Source: Eledone cirrhosa (taxonomy: Eukaryota). Taken from it: a stretch of DNA of 64,000 bases. A program made the translations under genes and the position numbers. The notes beneath the pieces were generated by a model. The model was not told where the DNA came from and searched no databases. It saw only the letters and a program-made list of their open reading frames with translations. Where the stretch lies: NCBI GenBank assembly GCA_964016885.1, contig OZ024742.1, positions 169,818,001 to 169,882,000 of the forward strand, read 5' to 3'. Shown piece after piece: positions 1 through 11,677 of this stretch. Position 1 is the stretch's first letter. Every line of letters begins with the position of its first letter.

Positions 1-1130
1 ACCTCAGTAATACAACATGTCAGTACCTCAGTAATACAACATGTCAGTACCTCAGTAATACATGTCAGTACCTCAGTAATACAACATGTCAGTACCTCAG
101 TAATACAACATGTCAGTACCTCAGTAATACAACATGTCAGTACCTCAGTAATACATGTCAGTACCTCAGTAATACAACATGTCAGTACCTCAGTAATACA
201 ACATGTCAGTACCTCAGTAATACAACATGTCAGTACCTCAGTAATACAACATGTCAGTACCTCAGTAATACAACGTGTCAGTACCTCAGTAATACAACAT
301 GTCAGTACCTCAGTAATACATGTCAGTACCTCAGTAATACAACATGTCAGTACCTCAGTAATACATGTCAGTACCTCAGTAATACATGTCAGTTACTCAG
401 TAATACATGTCAGTACCTTAGTAATACAACATGTCAGTACCTCAGTAATACATGTCAGTACCTCAGTAATACAATATGTCAGTACCTCAGTAATACATGT
501 CAGTACCTCAGTAATACAATATGTCAGTACCTCAGTAATACAACAGGTCAGAACCTCAGTAATACATGTCAGTACCTCATGTGGCCTTAATGATGATGGT
601 GCACTTGCCATCACTGACGCTGATAAGAAGTAATACATGTCAGTACCTCAGTAATACGTGTCAGTACCACAGTAATACAACTGTCAGTACCTCAGTAATA
701 CAACATGTCAGTACCTCAGTAATACATGTCAGTACCCCAGTAATACATGTCAGTACCTCAGTAATACAACTGTCAGTACCCCAGTAATACAACTGTCAGT
801 ACCTCAGTAATACAACATGTCAGTACCTCAGTAATACATGTCAGTACCCCAGTAATACATGTCAGTACCTCAGTAATACAACTGTCAGTACCCCAGTAAT
901 ACAACTGTCAGTACCTCAGTAATACAACATGTCAGTATCTTAGTAATACAACATGTCAGTACCCCAGTAATACATGTCAGTACCTCAGTAATACAACATG
1001 TTAGTACTTCAGTAATACAACATTCAGTAATACAACACGTTAATACCTCATTAATCCAACATATCAGTATCTCAGTAATCCCACATGTTAGTCCCTCATT
1101 AATCCAACATCTTCATAACTCAGTATCTCA
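1..1130. repeat. Intronic satellite with mixed 20/23-bp units (GTCAGTACCTCAGTAATACA[AC]AT), decaying after ~1000
   Basis: Tandem units read directly. It explains the spurious ITEVLTC ORFs. Confidence 0.97.
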
Positions 1131-1170
1131 CTAATCCATACTAAACTCTATGTAACATCATATAACTTAC

Positions 1171-1394
1171 CTCGTCTACATAGTTAACATCCATACCAAG
1201 TTTCAAAAGTAATTTGGCTATATCAATATAACCATAGCAGCAGGCAAACAGTAAGGCATTCTCTCCCTTGTTTCCTTGAGCGTATGGATTAGCCCCATGT
1301 TGCAGGAGATATTCCACTGTAGCCAACTGACCATTGGCAGCAGCCCACAGAAGAGCTGTCAAGCCTTGTTCATCAGGTTTATTTATATTGAGAG
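1171..1394 (-). CDS. ANKRA2: ANKRA2/RFXANK-family ankyrin protein, coding exon 6 (LNINKPDEQGLTALLWAAANGQLATVEYLLQHGA...VNYVDE); gene continues beyond the window start
   Basis: Two ankyrin repeats resembling ANKRA2 (TPLMWAAAHGQ...ESALSLAC). Acceptor cag at 1397-1395, donor gtaagt at 1170-1165. Phase is consistent with the upstream exon. Confidence 0.92.
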
Positions 1395-1589
1395 CTGCAA
1401 GTAGAAGAAAAAATATTTAATAATTACCAGGGCTTGCCTAAGGTGCCACACAGTGGGATTTATCCCCAAACCTACATGGTTGAAACGTGAACTTATTAAC
1501 CATACAGACATGCCTACACTGTAACTGTTATTAATTAATTATTATTAAAAAAAAAAAAGAATTTTTAAACATCATCTTCATCATCATTT

Positions 1590-1770
1590 AATTGTTTCTA
1601 CTTTTAGACCAAGGCCAGCAATTAACCAGGACATTACTGGTACTTTATTTAATTGACCCCGTAAGGATAAAAGGCAAAGTTAGCTTCGACGGGATTTGAA
1701 CTCAGACCGTAAAGGGACGTAACTATGCTGGAAAGCATGGTGTCTGACCCTCTACCAATACTGCCAATTC
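1590..1770 (-). mobile_element. tRNA-derived SINE family A (related copies ~18140-18340, 21050-21240, 37180-37300, 55040-55220)
   Basis: Dispersed shared core GAGTTCAAATCCCG..AACTTTGCCTTTCATCC..GGTCGATAAAATAAAGTACCAG with a B-box-like GTTCAAATCC. Confidence 0.7.
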
Positions 1771-2745
1771 ACTCATCATCATTTAATGTCTACTTTTCCT
1801 GCAATCAAGAGTTGGATAGGTCATCGCAGACCAAATCAATACTTAAGTGGAACTACTGACCTCTGGAAGGCCACATTTCACTTACATACATTCCTGCACT
1901 CTATCGAGTGCACTGAGTGCATGGCATTGTGACACCAGCACTGGGAAGGCTGTTGTACCAGTCACAACCAAATAATCCTCTTGACCCTTTTTTGTCATAG
2001 TGGAATACCATTCTTAACCTTATGACTATTATTTACCACCCTCATCATCATCATCAAAAACGAATATAAAACAATAATTCTATTTTCCATGCTAGCATGG
2101 GTTAGACAGGCTGTCCCATTTGAGGCAAGTCAGGTCAGATGACCGTGTCTTGTTCATACAGAACCATTTTGGGCTTGGTTTCTATTACATGGGTATCACT
2201 TGACACCCCGGTAAAGTGAGCTGCTAATGATGACAAGAATAAAGTACCAGTAATAAACTGATGGAATTTTCAGAGCATCAGATGGGAGGCTATGCCATAT
2301 TTATTCTGACTCTTTGTGTATTGAGTTCAAATCTTGTTTTTGCTAGCTTAGGTAGTAGACTTAATTTGTTTCCCAGTTTAACCTTTTCATTACCAAACTT
2401 CAAAAAAACACCTCTGGTTCTTCAATACAAAACTGTTTCTTTTGAAGTGTTTATATTTATCTAATAACCTTTCATCATAATCTTATGTAAGAATCTTTAA
2501 CTTAAAATTCTTAATTATTTTCAAAACTATTTGAAACACATGGGCAGTGTCTTTTATTAAAAATATGGTACTGAAAGGGTTAACATCACCACTTGGCCCT
2601 TGGATGCCTTTAGTAGATTCCATTCTGTTGCAAGCATTCCAACTAGTTCTTGTGTTGCTGGATACTCCCCCTCTCTCCCATCAGTCTTTGAGGCCCTAAA
2701 AAGGCTTGGGGTCACTGCCTTCCCTCCTGGCTAAACAATACTCAC

Positions 2746-2811
2746 TGTCAGTGGACTCCTGCCAAAGTAGAACCAGCTCTCCTTGTGCAGCTTTCTGGTG
2801 AATACTGATAT
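2746..2811 (-). CDS. ANKRA2: ANKRA2/RFXANK coding exon 5 (ISIHQKAAQGELVLLWQESTD)
   Basis: Resembles the ANKRA2 SLSVHQLAAQGE motif. Splice sites tacag and gtgagt; 66 nt, phase 1-1. Confidence 0.9.
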
Positions 2812-3726
2812 CTGTAACAAAAGAAGAGAGATTTCATCAAAAAGGGTTCCTTTACTAGGTTTAATTCAAGTATTAGGGCTGATTTTAATTCTTTCATTAT
2901 CATATTTCTAATGAAAAACACTGTAGTGACTTACATTCCGCGGGCTCACATACATTCTCCGTGCGTGATTTGGCTCAGCTAGGCAATCAGCACCAGAAGA
3001 AGAGAATGTATCCCTACGTGCCCTGTGGGAGAAATTCCCGCGTCGATTTGAGAAATCTCTCTCTTGCATCCTGACCATGCTAATATAAAGATCACTTATT
3101 CTCTTGCTGCTTGAACGCCGAAGGACCAACATAAACAATGTAATGGTGAGATTGGCCTGCTGGCCTGCCTTGGGCCTGGCACAATGCCACATTCCTTTTG
3201 TAATCATTTTTATGTTTAACTTCAACCATACAATTTAACAAACATTACTTTGTGCTGCAATAAAATAAACATACATTTCATCTCACAAACATTTTTCTTG
3301 TTGACATTATTATCATGTTGTCGATATGACTAACATAAAACATCGAAGAGTCTTGTGATGCTGTTACCACAGCAATGCCTTTAAATGTGATAAGGAAGGA
3401 TTCCTTCCAGAGGTATTATCACAGCAGCAGCAGAACCTGAGACTTACAGCCTAACCTCAATTATTTGTGGTGATACATCTACTCTTAAAACTATCCTGTT
3501 AAAACTGGTAACCTTCGACGCAGGAGTATTTAGGCATGAAATGCTCCTTTACAATATATATATATATACATCAACCAACCATCCTGTTAAAACACTCTCC
3601 ATAATATTGAAAGTAATCAAGAATTTGGAAAGATTAATAATATAACTTTCTCATTAGTAAGCTGGAACATAACTTATCAAAGGTTCTTATATTAAATTAT
3701 TAACCGTTTCATTACTGTATTTCTAA

Positions 3727-4423
3727 CTAGCAGAATGACCCAGTGTTGCTCGGGATTCTAAACATAGATTAGCATGTTTATCCCTCCTTTCTGAAACAGT
3801 TTCGTCATATGTTCACCAATTGATGCAGAAGTCCTAATAAAAAGTGAAGTCGCCTTGGGTGAATAGGCAAATAATTTTCCATTAAGATTTTTCAAAAGTA
3901 TGTAATTGCGTTCCCTCTTTTTTTTGGTGTTGTTTTTGCTGATGTCGAGCCTCATGAAATAAATACGTTTGTTTATATTTTGTTATTGTGTATGCAAAAA
4001 TATCTGTACACGAATATATAATTATATATATATATATATATATTTATATATTAAAATAACAGATTAAAGTTTAAGCGAAGAATCGCTGCTTTCACCCTTA
4101 ACGGGATCTTCTGAAACTAAAAAATCAATCTGTGAACGCAGAAGTAAATATTTCGAATATACACACTATATATACACACACACACACACACAGATAGTGT
4201 CATAATGTCGTAATGCAGACAGCCAGACATACAGACATATTATAAGGGCGCGATGTTATAGCTATCTAATGCGGTCCCTAGGGTATTGAAAGTTTAAAAT
4301 ATTATTTGCTCAAAACACTCACACGACCATAAGTATTACATGTGTAAAGTTTGAAAAAAATCGGTTGGGTGGTTCTTGAGTTTTAGGGAGTCAGACAGAC
4401 ATTCTCTGTTTTAGATATAGAGA
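3727..4423 (-). mobile_element. Non-autonomous Helitron-like element
   Basis: On the - strand it starts with TC after an A and ends with a GC-rich hairpin plus CTAG before a T. A second partial copy lies at 42993-43188. Confidence 0.7.
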
Positions 4424-4643
4424 TGTGTTTCATTTAATTTTGAAAATAGCCACAAATTTGGTACAATTTTATAAAATAACTAACATTTTCATTAGTAAGG
4501 TAATATTTAGAACTTACTTAACAAATATGTCTTAAATAAAATTATTATGGAAGATTTTAATATTAGGATAAACATTTTAAAATGAGCAGCTTTGTATCAT
4601 AAATTCAGAATAGTTTCCTGGAGTTTGGAATCAAAAGGATTAA

Positions 4644-4850
4644 CCCTTTAGCATTTACATTACCCTATATTTACTATTATATTTTCATGGTAAAGGCTTT
4701 ACCTCACATAACATCGAATCTATGAGATTTTGATATTATTTATTTTGAAAACAATACCTTAACATCAGTATGAGTAGCCAGTTACAACCTTTTGAACAGA
4801 AAAAGGTGAGAGAATTCTGGCCGGATACAGCTGGTTTAAATGCTAAAGAG
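4644..4850. mobile_element. piggyBac-type MITE (copies at 20415-20635 and ~30840-31052)
   Basis: TIRs CCCTTTAGCATTTA...TAAATGCTAAAG(A/G)G flanked by TTAA; three similar copies. Confidence 0.75.
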
Positions 4851-4877
4851 TTAAAAAAGAAATAAGTAAATTCTTAC

Positions 4878-4944
4878 TTTGAAATATGGAGGGTGTAGTT
4901 GTCTGTACATTACCACGTTGTAGGTTGGTGATCACAGTAGATGG
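4878..4944 (-). CDS. ANKRA2: ANKRA2/RFXANK coding exon 4 (PSTVITNLQRGNVQTTTPSIFQ)
   Basis: Resembles the ANKRA2/RFXANK STTLTNxxRGN motif. Splice sites tttcag and gtaaga; 67 nt, phase 0-1. Confidence 0.9.
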
Positions 4945-5118
4945 CTGAAAAGCAACAAGAACAAAAATATCAAAGAAAAAGGATAAAACAAAAATATACA
5001 GATAAGTTTAATGTTAACATATTTAACTGTTTCTTAACTATATTTCTAATGAAATATACTATATTACAATTAATTAATGAAGAATTTTGAGAGATTGACT
5101 AAAATTATTAATTATTTC

Positions 5119-5476
5119 ATTATGTATATATGGAGAAACTAAGTTTCACTTTAAAATGTTTTTTATTGGATATTGAACATTACATATGTTTCACAAATGA
5201 TTGGCTCTAGGACTTTATCAATATGATAGACCTGACTCCAGCATTGATCTGCTCATCAGATATGTGTATTCAATCAAAACCTTTTCCTCTCTGGGGAAAC
5301 CAACACATTTTCCTCTTAGTTTTTATTGTTGAATACATATATCTGATGAGTAAATCGATGCTGGAGTAAGGCCTATCATATCGATAAAGTCCTAGAGTCA
5401 ATAATTTCTGAAACATGCAATGTTCAATATCCAATAAAAACATTTTAAAGTGAAACTTAGTTTCCACATACATAAT
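5119..5476. repeat. ~150-bp imperfect inverted repeat (5119-5273 / 5329-5476) with a hammerhead motif in each arm
   Basis: The arms are reverse complements with scattered mismatches; CTGATGA...GAAA cores are present. Confidence 0.9.
5173..5273 (-). ncRNA. Type-I hammerhead ribozyme motif, intronic, on the ANKRA2 pre-mRNA sense strand
   Basis: UUGAA..AUAU-CUGAUGA-GCAGAU(long loop)AUUUGU-GAAA-CAUAUG-UA-AUGU-UCAA. Core intact, palindromic stem III, GUA cleavage triplet. Confidence 0.72.
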
Positions 5477-6246
5477 ATATACACTCAGCTATAGCCCTGA
5501 GAGCTCATATTGGTGCAACCTCCAGTAATCAACAAAATTACTGAACAACATGTTTATTTCATTACTAAAATATTAACTTAATATATAATATTAACTTAAA
5601 ATATTAACTTTATATATAAAATTATGTTGAAAGATTCTAATTTAAATAGGAACTCTTTAAAATGGGTGGTTTTGTTTCATAGAACCAGTGCCAGTTTTCT
5701 TTAAGCCGATATCATAAGGGATAATTTTTTAACTCTTTCAATACTAACCCATTCAAAACTGCCTCTACTTCTAGGAAAAAAAGCCACCCATTTTAAATGG
5801 TTCTAATGTAAATTAAATTCTTTCATCTTAATTTTATATAAGAACATTTTGTTATGTTAGAAATACCATCTTAATAATTGAAATCATTTTAGTAAATCTC
5901 TTCTTTAGTAATTAATTCAAATACAGGGTATTTTATTAGAAATATGGTAGTGAAAGGATTGAATAATCAAGAACTGTTAAAGGAATTTGTAAAATAACTA
6001 AGTTTTCTATTATTAGGCAATCTATTTCATTAGAAATACAGTAACAAATGGATTAATGTTTTTTTCTTTCATAACCAGACTAAAATATCAACTTGAAACA
6101 GAGATCAATGTACTTTAGCTCCTTACAAAGCACTCCTATAAGTACCTACTCTGAATGTAGAAACAATGGTATTTTAGCTCCCTACCAAGTACCCTATAAG
6201 TATCTACCCTAAATGTAGAAACCAAGGTACCTATATAAGTACCTAC

Positions 6247-6332
6247 CCTGAATGGTGAAGGAGTCACTTTGATGGCCAAGTCAGACTTCCGGTTTTTGTT
6301 GATTGTTGAGTATTTTTGGACATGAGATTCAC
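6247..6332 (-). CDS. ANKRA2: ANKRA2/RFXANK coding exon 3 (ESHVQKYSTINKNRKSDLAIKVTPSPFR)
   Basis: Splice sites ctcctag and gtaggt; 86 nt, phase 1-0. Joins in frame to give SPFR|PSTVITN (compare SPIKQSTTLTN). Confidence 0.82.
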
Positions 6333-6473
6333 CTAGGAGAAATAAAAAAAAACCCAATAAAATGAGGTATTAAATATAAGTTATGCCATGAGTCCAAATA
6401 TGTTCCTGAAAGAAGGAATGATATATTGGGTAAAGTAGTTCTAGCTACATTATCTTTGAATAGTGGACACACC

Positions 6474-6760
6474 ATGGCTGGATGACTAAAAGGTTCACTT
6501 CACAATCATTAGGTTCCAGGTTCGATTCCACTGCATGTCATCTTGGGCAAGTGTCATTTACCATAACTTCAAGTCAATCTGTACCTTGTGAGTGAAATTT
6601 GATAGACACAACCTGTTTAGAAACCCATCAGATGAACAGTTTCTGTAATTTAAAGGGCCAGCCTTGTCGCACATTGTGTTCTGTTGATCTCCCTGAGAAT
6701 TACAAGGGTATAAGCGTCTGTGGAATGCTTATCCACTTATGCTATAATACAATATATAGA
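6474..6760 (+). mobile_element. tRNA/CORE-type SINE (related copies ~7790-7930, 25205-25810, 52878-53097)
   Basis: A-box-like TGGCTGGATG, B-box GTTCGATTCC, CORE-like TCTTGGGCAAGTGTC. Confidence 0.6.
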
Positions 6761-6769
6761 CTGTACCTC

Positions 6770-7320
6770 ATCATCATCATTTTACGTCTGCTTTTCCCTA
6801 CTTGTAAGGGTGGGACGGGTCCTATTCAGCACAGCATGTCTCTATTCATCACGGTCCTTCCTCATTTCCTCTGTGAGCTTCAGCGATCTGAGATCAGCTC
6901 TCACCACCTCCGCTCATGTTTTTCATGGTCTTCCTCCTACTCGGATTTCTAGGCACTTCTTTATCCAGCGGTCATCCTCCATGCACATCACATGTTCATA
7001 CCAATACAGTCTTCTCTCCCGCACACTACAGCTTATCCCTCTTATACAGTTTCTCTCTCAACTCGTCTATGCTTGGCAACGGAGCATGCTTACTTCATTT
7101 CTCTCTAGCCGTGGCATATCCTCTGCAGTTGCTACCCATGTCTCACTACCATGCAGCATCGCGCATCTCACACAGGTATCATATAACCGGCCTTTCATTC
7201 ATAGGAAGAAACCCTTCTTTGTCAACAGAGAAAGCAGCTCTCTAAACTTCTTCCAACCCATTCTTATTCTAGATACTATGGCCTCAGAGCACTCTCCTTC
7301 CTTGCTAATCTGATCACCTA
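6770..7320 (-). mobile_element. 3' fragment of an RTE-like LINE ending in a (GAT)n tail
   Basis: Encodes KKFRELL...KGFFL..KGRLYD..LHGSETW, as in the longer copies. Confidence 0.85.
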
Positions 7321-7606
7321 ATACAATATATAAACTATACCTGTAATTCAGAGGACCAGTCTGTCACACCCTGTATCATACTGAATTGCTCAAAGAATTA
7401 CGTTAAAGACACATATGTCTATGGAATGCTTAGCTACTTACATGTTAATTATATGAATAAGCTGTTGCATTGTTCAACCAATTGGAACATTCATCATAGA
7501 AACAAATGGAAGTCCATTCCATCTCTGAATAAAAGACAGGATGATCACAGATGAAAAGCTGGAATTTCTATGTCTACTAAACCCCACCACCAAATGAAAT
7601 ACTGAC

Positions 7607-7745
7607 CTTCAGCCAAAACTGTAGCAACTTCTAGATCATTGAGTTCCTGATCACTATCAATAGGAGACATGAGGTGGTAGGAACGTCCAGTGGTCAGTTT
7701 CTTCACAGGACTAATTGGAACTCTGCTTCTGTTGGTCACATGCTG
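7607..7745 (-). CDS. ANKRA2: ANKRA2/RFXANK coding exon 2 (QHVTNRSRVPISPVKK...ATVLAE)
   Basis: Acceptor tttcag, donor gtcagt; 139 nt, phase 0-1, open frame fitting both neighbours. Confidence 0.78.
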
Positions 7746-8119
7746 CTGAAAGAAATAGAAAACAAAAACAAATTAAATGGGGTGCAAGCATAGCTGTGTT
7801 GTTAAGGATTTTGCTTCATAATAATATAGTTGTGGGTTCAATTTCACTGTGTGGTAGTACTTTGGATAAGTTTCCTTGGGTTGACCAGTATCTTGAGAAT
7901 GGAATTTAGTAGATGGAAACTATGCAGAAGCCTGTCATAAAGATATATATAGAAATAATTGAAATGTATGCATTCCAAAGTAAATGACCATAATAATAGT
8001 CGATCACTATAAATAATAGTTGAGAAAATCAGATATAGTACTCCTAGAGATTGATGATGATGATGTATTAGTTTGCATTTAAAAAGACCACAGAATACAA
8101 ATTCTATTTATGACTGGCT

Positions 8120-8362
8120 CGGCAGAGCGACTCAGTAAAGTGGTCAACGGAGTGGTTCAGTAGAGTGACTCAGTAAAGTGGTTCAACCGAATGGCTCAAA
8201 AGAGTAGTTCAGCAGAGTGGTTCAACAATGTAGGTCAGCAGAGTGGTTCAGTAGAGTGTTTCAACAGAGTGGTGTACTAGAGTGGTTCAGAAATGATACT
8301 CAACAGAGTGGTTCTGTAGAGTGGTTCAGCAGAGTGGGTCAACAGATTGGTTCTGCATAGTG
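8120..8362. repeat. Degenerate minisatellite with a ~14-16-bp AGAGTGGTTCAGC unit
   Basis: Tandem units visible. Confidence 0.85.
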
Positions 8363-8407
8363 TTACACTTCAAACAAGAACTGTAGAATACTTAGACTAA
8401 CATTTAC

Positions 8408-8509
8408 CTTTGTAGTAGAATCTGTTAACTTGTGTCCAGGTTCTTGTGGACTTGAGATAGCTACAGCTGGCTGCGGTGGAGGAAACTGAGCCTTGTTTTT
8501 CTCAGTCAT
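8408..8509 (-). CDS. ANKRA2: ANKRA2/RFXANK first coding exon (MTEKNKAQFPPPQP...DSTTK)
   Basis: ATG at 8509 shortly after candidate acceptors; AAG|gtaaat donor at phase 0. No homology support for this low-complexity N-terminus. Confidence 0.68.
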
Positions 8510-9572
8510 ATTTCTGGAATATTCAAGAACTGTTGAAGATAAAATGATCATGATGTTATAAATGCTTATTTTATGGGTTTGTGTAATAAATATACTAAAC
8601 ATGTACTGAATGAAGAACTCATATACTGTTTATAGAGTCAATATAATAATATATATATACGGTAATATACATATGATAATATGTATATTACCAACTTAAT
8701 TTTGAGCAAAACCCATTCTTACTGCTGTCATTAACTTCTATCAGATATGTTATGGACCCTTACATGGCTACCACGCCCCCAACAAAGGCTGTGTCCTTGT
8801 ACATATATATGTGAGGCGGAGTTGATGGAACAGCTTGTCTAAAAACGTTTCATTTTGGTCTCTTGACATGTAACTTCTCATAGCTGACAGAACCGGGGAG
8901 TTTCACTTTCTGATGGAAATTACCCACAGATGAGTATGTGGAATTGGCATCCAACAGTTTCAACAATGAGTGTTCCAATTGTTTGACCAACAGAAAAGTG
9001 TGGCCCTGAAATTAATGTGTAAGTGGCTGAGCATTCCACAGACATGTTTGTATATATATATATATATATATATCATTATCATCATTGTCGTTTTAACTTC
9101 CGCTTTCCCTGTTAGCAAGGGCTGGATGGGTCCATATAGACCAAATCAGTACTACAGTGGAGCCATTGATCTCATCGGCAATCCAGGGACCTGTGCGCTT
9201 ATGTATGGTCTCACGTTCCATCAAGTGCTCAGGAGCAGTTGTCATGCCTTTGACACAACTGAGGGTCCCTCCAACCCTTGTTTGGCAAGATTTCTACGCC
9301 AGGATGCCCTTCCTATCATCAACCACTTTACAATGTGTACTGGGTGCGTTTATTGTGTAGATTCCAACACTACGGATGTTGTCATGCCCTTGACACGATT
9401 GCAGGATCATCCCTCTATATATATCCGAGTCTTCCTTTATTTATACTGTGTCTGCTATTGAAACGTTAGTTCGTGTCTTGATGGAAGATAATATTAGAGA
9501 AAAACAATGAAGAATGACATGATGCTGAATGAAATCAAAAGCAATATATACAAATACACACACCGACCACAA

Positions 9573-9905
9573 CTAAATATGGAATGATATGCGATGGGGG
9601 CCCCCCACAGTCCGGGCGGTCAGAGCGGAGAAGGCGTTTCCCCGGAGGACAAGGGAGACGCGCTGGAAAAGCCACTCCAACTCGCGGGGCTCACACCTTC
9701 GGCTGGGCAGCTCAGCGCCTACGGTGGTGAGTAGGGATGTAGCCCTAGGGCCAAGGACACCAGAAGTCTCCACTGCCAGGGGTACAACCTTAAACCTGTT
9801 GGGGAGCGACCGGTATTTGAAGAGTTTAGCCTCCTCGGCCCGACGTGCAGCGGAACCCGGGTTAATGGCAGACTGCACCAGGTTGCGGCCGCAGAAAGTG
9901 TTTGA
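9573..9905 (-). mobile_element. CRE-like non-LTR retrotransposon fragment (restriction-like endonuclease C-terminus)
   Basis: AEEAKLFKY...PLAVETSGVLG...FQRVSL..RGNA motif. Confidence 0.78.
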
Positions 9906-10378
9906 TGACTCTGATAAACAGGCGAAAATTCAGATTAACAAGACTCACTATTTAGTATTAATAAATTGAATATACACACATATATATATACACACATGTT
10001 TGAGTGTACATTAATGCCGGGTTGTAGATTTATATTTATAGGTATATAAATACATTTACTATATATGGCGACTCCATATATATAGTAGAAGGGTAGATTG
10101 AATTTTATTTTACAGTCCAAAAATAGTGAAAGTAAGTTGGAGATGTTTTGTTGATGTCACCGACCGTTCTCGTGGAAACACTGTAATTCCATTCAAAATT
10201 GATGGATTCACCAGACACCGGTTTAATCTGTTATTTGGGCTTCATTTGTGGGATTAGGAGAATGAGTACAGTGTTTCCGAAGAACGATCGGCGACATAAG
10301 CGAAACAATATTTTCCAATTACTTTTTTTACTGGGTAAAATCCTATATACATAAAATAAGACTCCCTCTCTCTCTCTC

Positions 10379-10433
<55 letters not shown>

Positions 10434-10438
<5 letters not shown>

Positions 10439-11041
10439 ACATGACTTTTAGCGGTCGCAATAATGAAAGTAAATTTATTTTCATTTTCGAACGTCGTGTT
10501 TACATTTTGTGTGTGTTTAAACGAAACATGCTGGCGACGAAGCTTCTTCTTTGCACGGCTCCATGTGTTCTCTATGAGCTGTGTGTGCACATCAGGATCC
10601 GCAGGATCTACAAAGTTCCGTTCGTGCACCACAACATCATGAACGTAAATCCCACCTTCAATTTCCTCAATTTTCGAATAGGAAGCCCAACCATCAGAGA
10701 TGATGCGGCTGCCTGGCAAAATCCCTGCTGAATGATGGGGACGAGAGTCACAGCTTCGATTTGGGACTTCGACAAGGCAGCAGCGTCCAGAATGTCGGAC
10801 TCACCATTCTGCAAGCATCATTACAAGATTACTTCGGTATTGAGTACTCTTCTCTCAACCGTCAACTACACACACACATATATATATATATATAATCAGT
10901 TAAAACGACAGAGGCTCTGATTTTGTCTTTAATCTCAGTAACTAATTTAGATCTAAACACACACACAAAATGTAAACACGACGTTCGAAAATGAAAATAA
11001 ATTTACTTTCATTTTTTAAACCGTTAAAAGTCATGTATGCC
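10434..11041 (-). mobile_element. Internally deleted Merlin (IS1595-like DDE) DNA transposon with long TIRs, inserted in (TA)n
   Basis: TIRs GGCATACATGACTTTTA.. (10434-10519 / 10954-11041). Internal peptide PGSRIISDGWASY...HERNFVDP..VHTQLIENTWSRAK is a typical IS1595/Merlin catalytic segment. Confidence 0.85.
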
Positions 11042-11116
11042 TATATATATACATAAACTAATATGTATGTGATGAAACACAGATACCAACACATCTGTAT
11101 ATATATTGCAAAAGAA

Positions 11117-11163
<47 letters not shown>

Positions 11164-11328
11164 TAGCGTAGCATTGACTCTTTGTCGGTTTCTGGTCGAA
11201 ATAAATTATCAAAAATATTTTTTCTTTCTACAAATCACAGAATTATACACAACATTTATATATGCATAAATACATAAAGGTTAAAGTATATAGCTCAAGT
11301 GAAAACACAATTTTCGCACAACACTTAC

Positions 11329-11400
11329 AGATGACAGAAGAAACGGGATATCAGAATAAATAAAGTAAAGAAATACATAGAAATATATACCAAATGAGAA
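11329..11400 (-). other. ANKRA2: Probable non-coding first exon of the ANKRA2-family gene (5' end approximate)
   Basis: Canonical gtaagt donor on the - strand at 11328-11323, adjacent to the promoter motifs. Confidence 0.5.
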
Positions 11401-11670
11401 AACAGCCAATCAACGACTCAATTATCGAGCATGCTTGCTTAAGAAATCTACCGGAAGCTTTTCCGTATAGTTTTAGCATGTAAGTATTTTATTGGTTGAT
11501 ATGAGTTGACGCATGCGTATAATCAAATGAACGTTAGACCTGCTACTAAGCAGAGGTGTGAGTTACGACTGTCTAAGAACAATATCATTGATATTAGCTT
11601 GTGAAAACTAAACAACTCAAGTAGTTTGCAGTTTTTCTTTGCAAAGAAGTGGAGGAAAAGGGAAAAAGAG
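11400..11670. promoter_or_regulatory. Bidirectional promoter shared by the ANKRA2-like and SERF genes
   Basis: Opposed CCAAT (11406) and ATTGG (11491) boxes; ETS-like CCGGAAG (11451) with inverted TTCCG (11461); NRF1-like palindrome ACGCATGCGT (11509-11518). Lies between two divergent first exons. Confidence 0.65.
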
Positions 11671-11677
11671 ATGAGTC
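11671..11677 (+). CDS. SERF2: SERF (small EDRK-rich factor) exon 1, coding part ATGAGTC
   Basis: ATG AGT C|gtaagt. This 7-nt coding first exon is typical of SERF genes and splices in frame to give MSRGNQR. Confidence 0.85.

Noticed and set aside
588-624. C/D-box snoRNA or SECIS
   Set aside because: Too short, on the strand opposite the host gene, with no guide region or apical AA loop.
1-1130. CRISPR-like array, or Cys-rich repeat protein ORFs
   Set aside because: Units are contiguous with no unique spacers and no cas genes, in a eukaryotic intron. The ORFs are translations of the satellite.
5329-5427. Active hammerhead in the right arm
   Set aside because: The cleavage triplet lacks the required U (CAUG-CA) and stem II is mismatched, so it is treated as a decayed copy.
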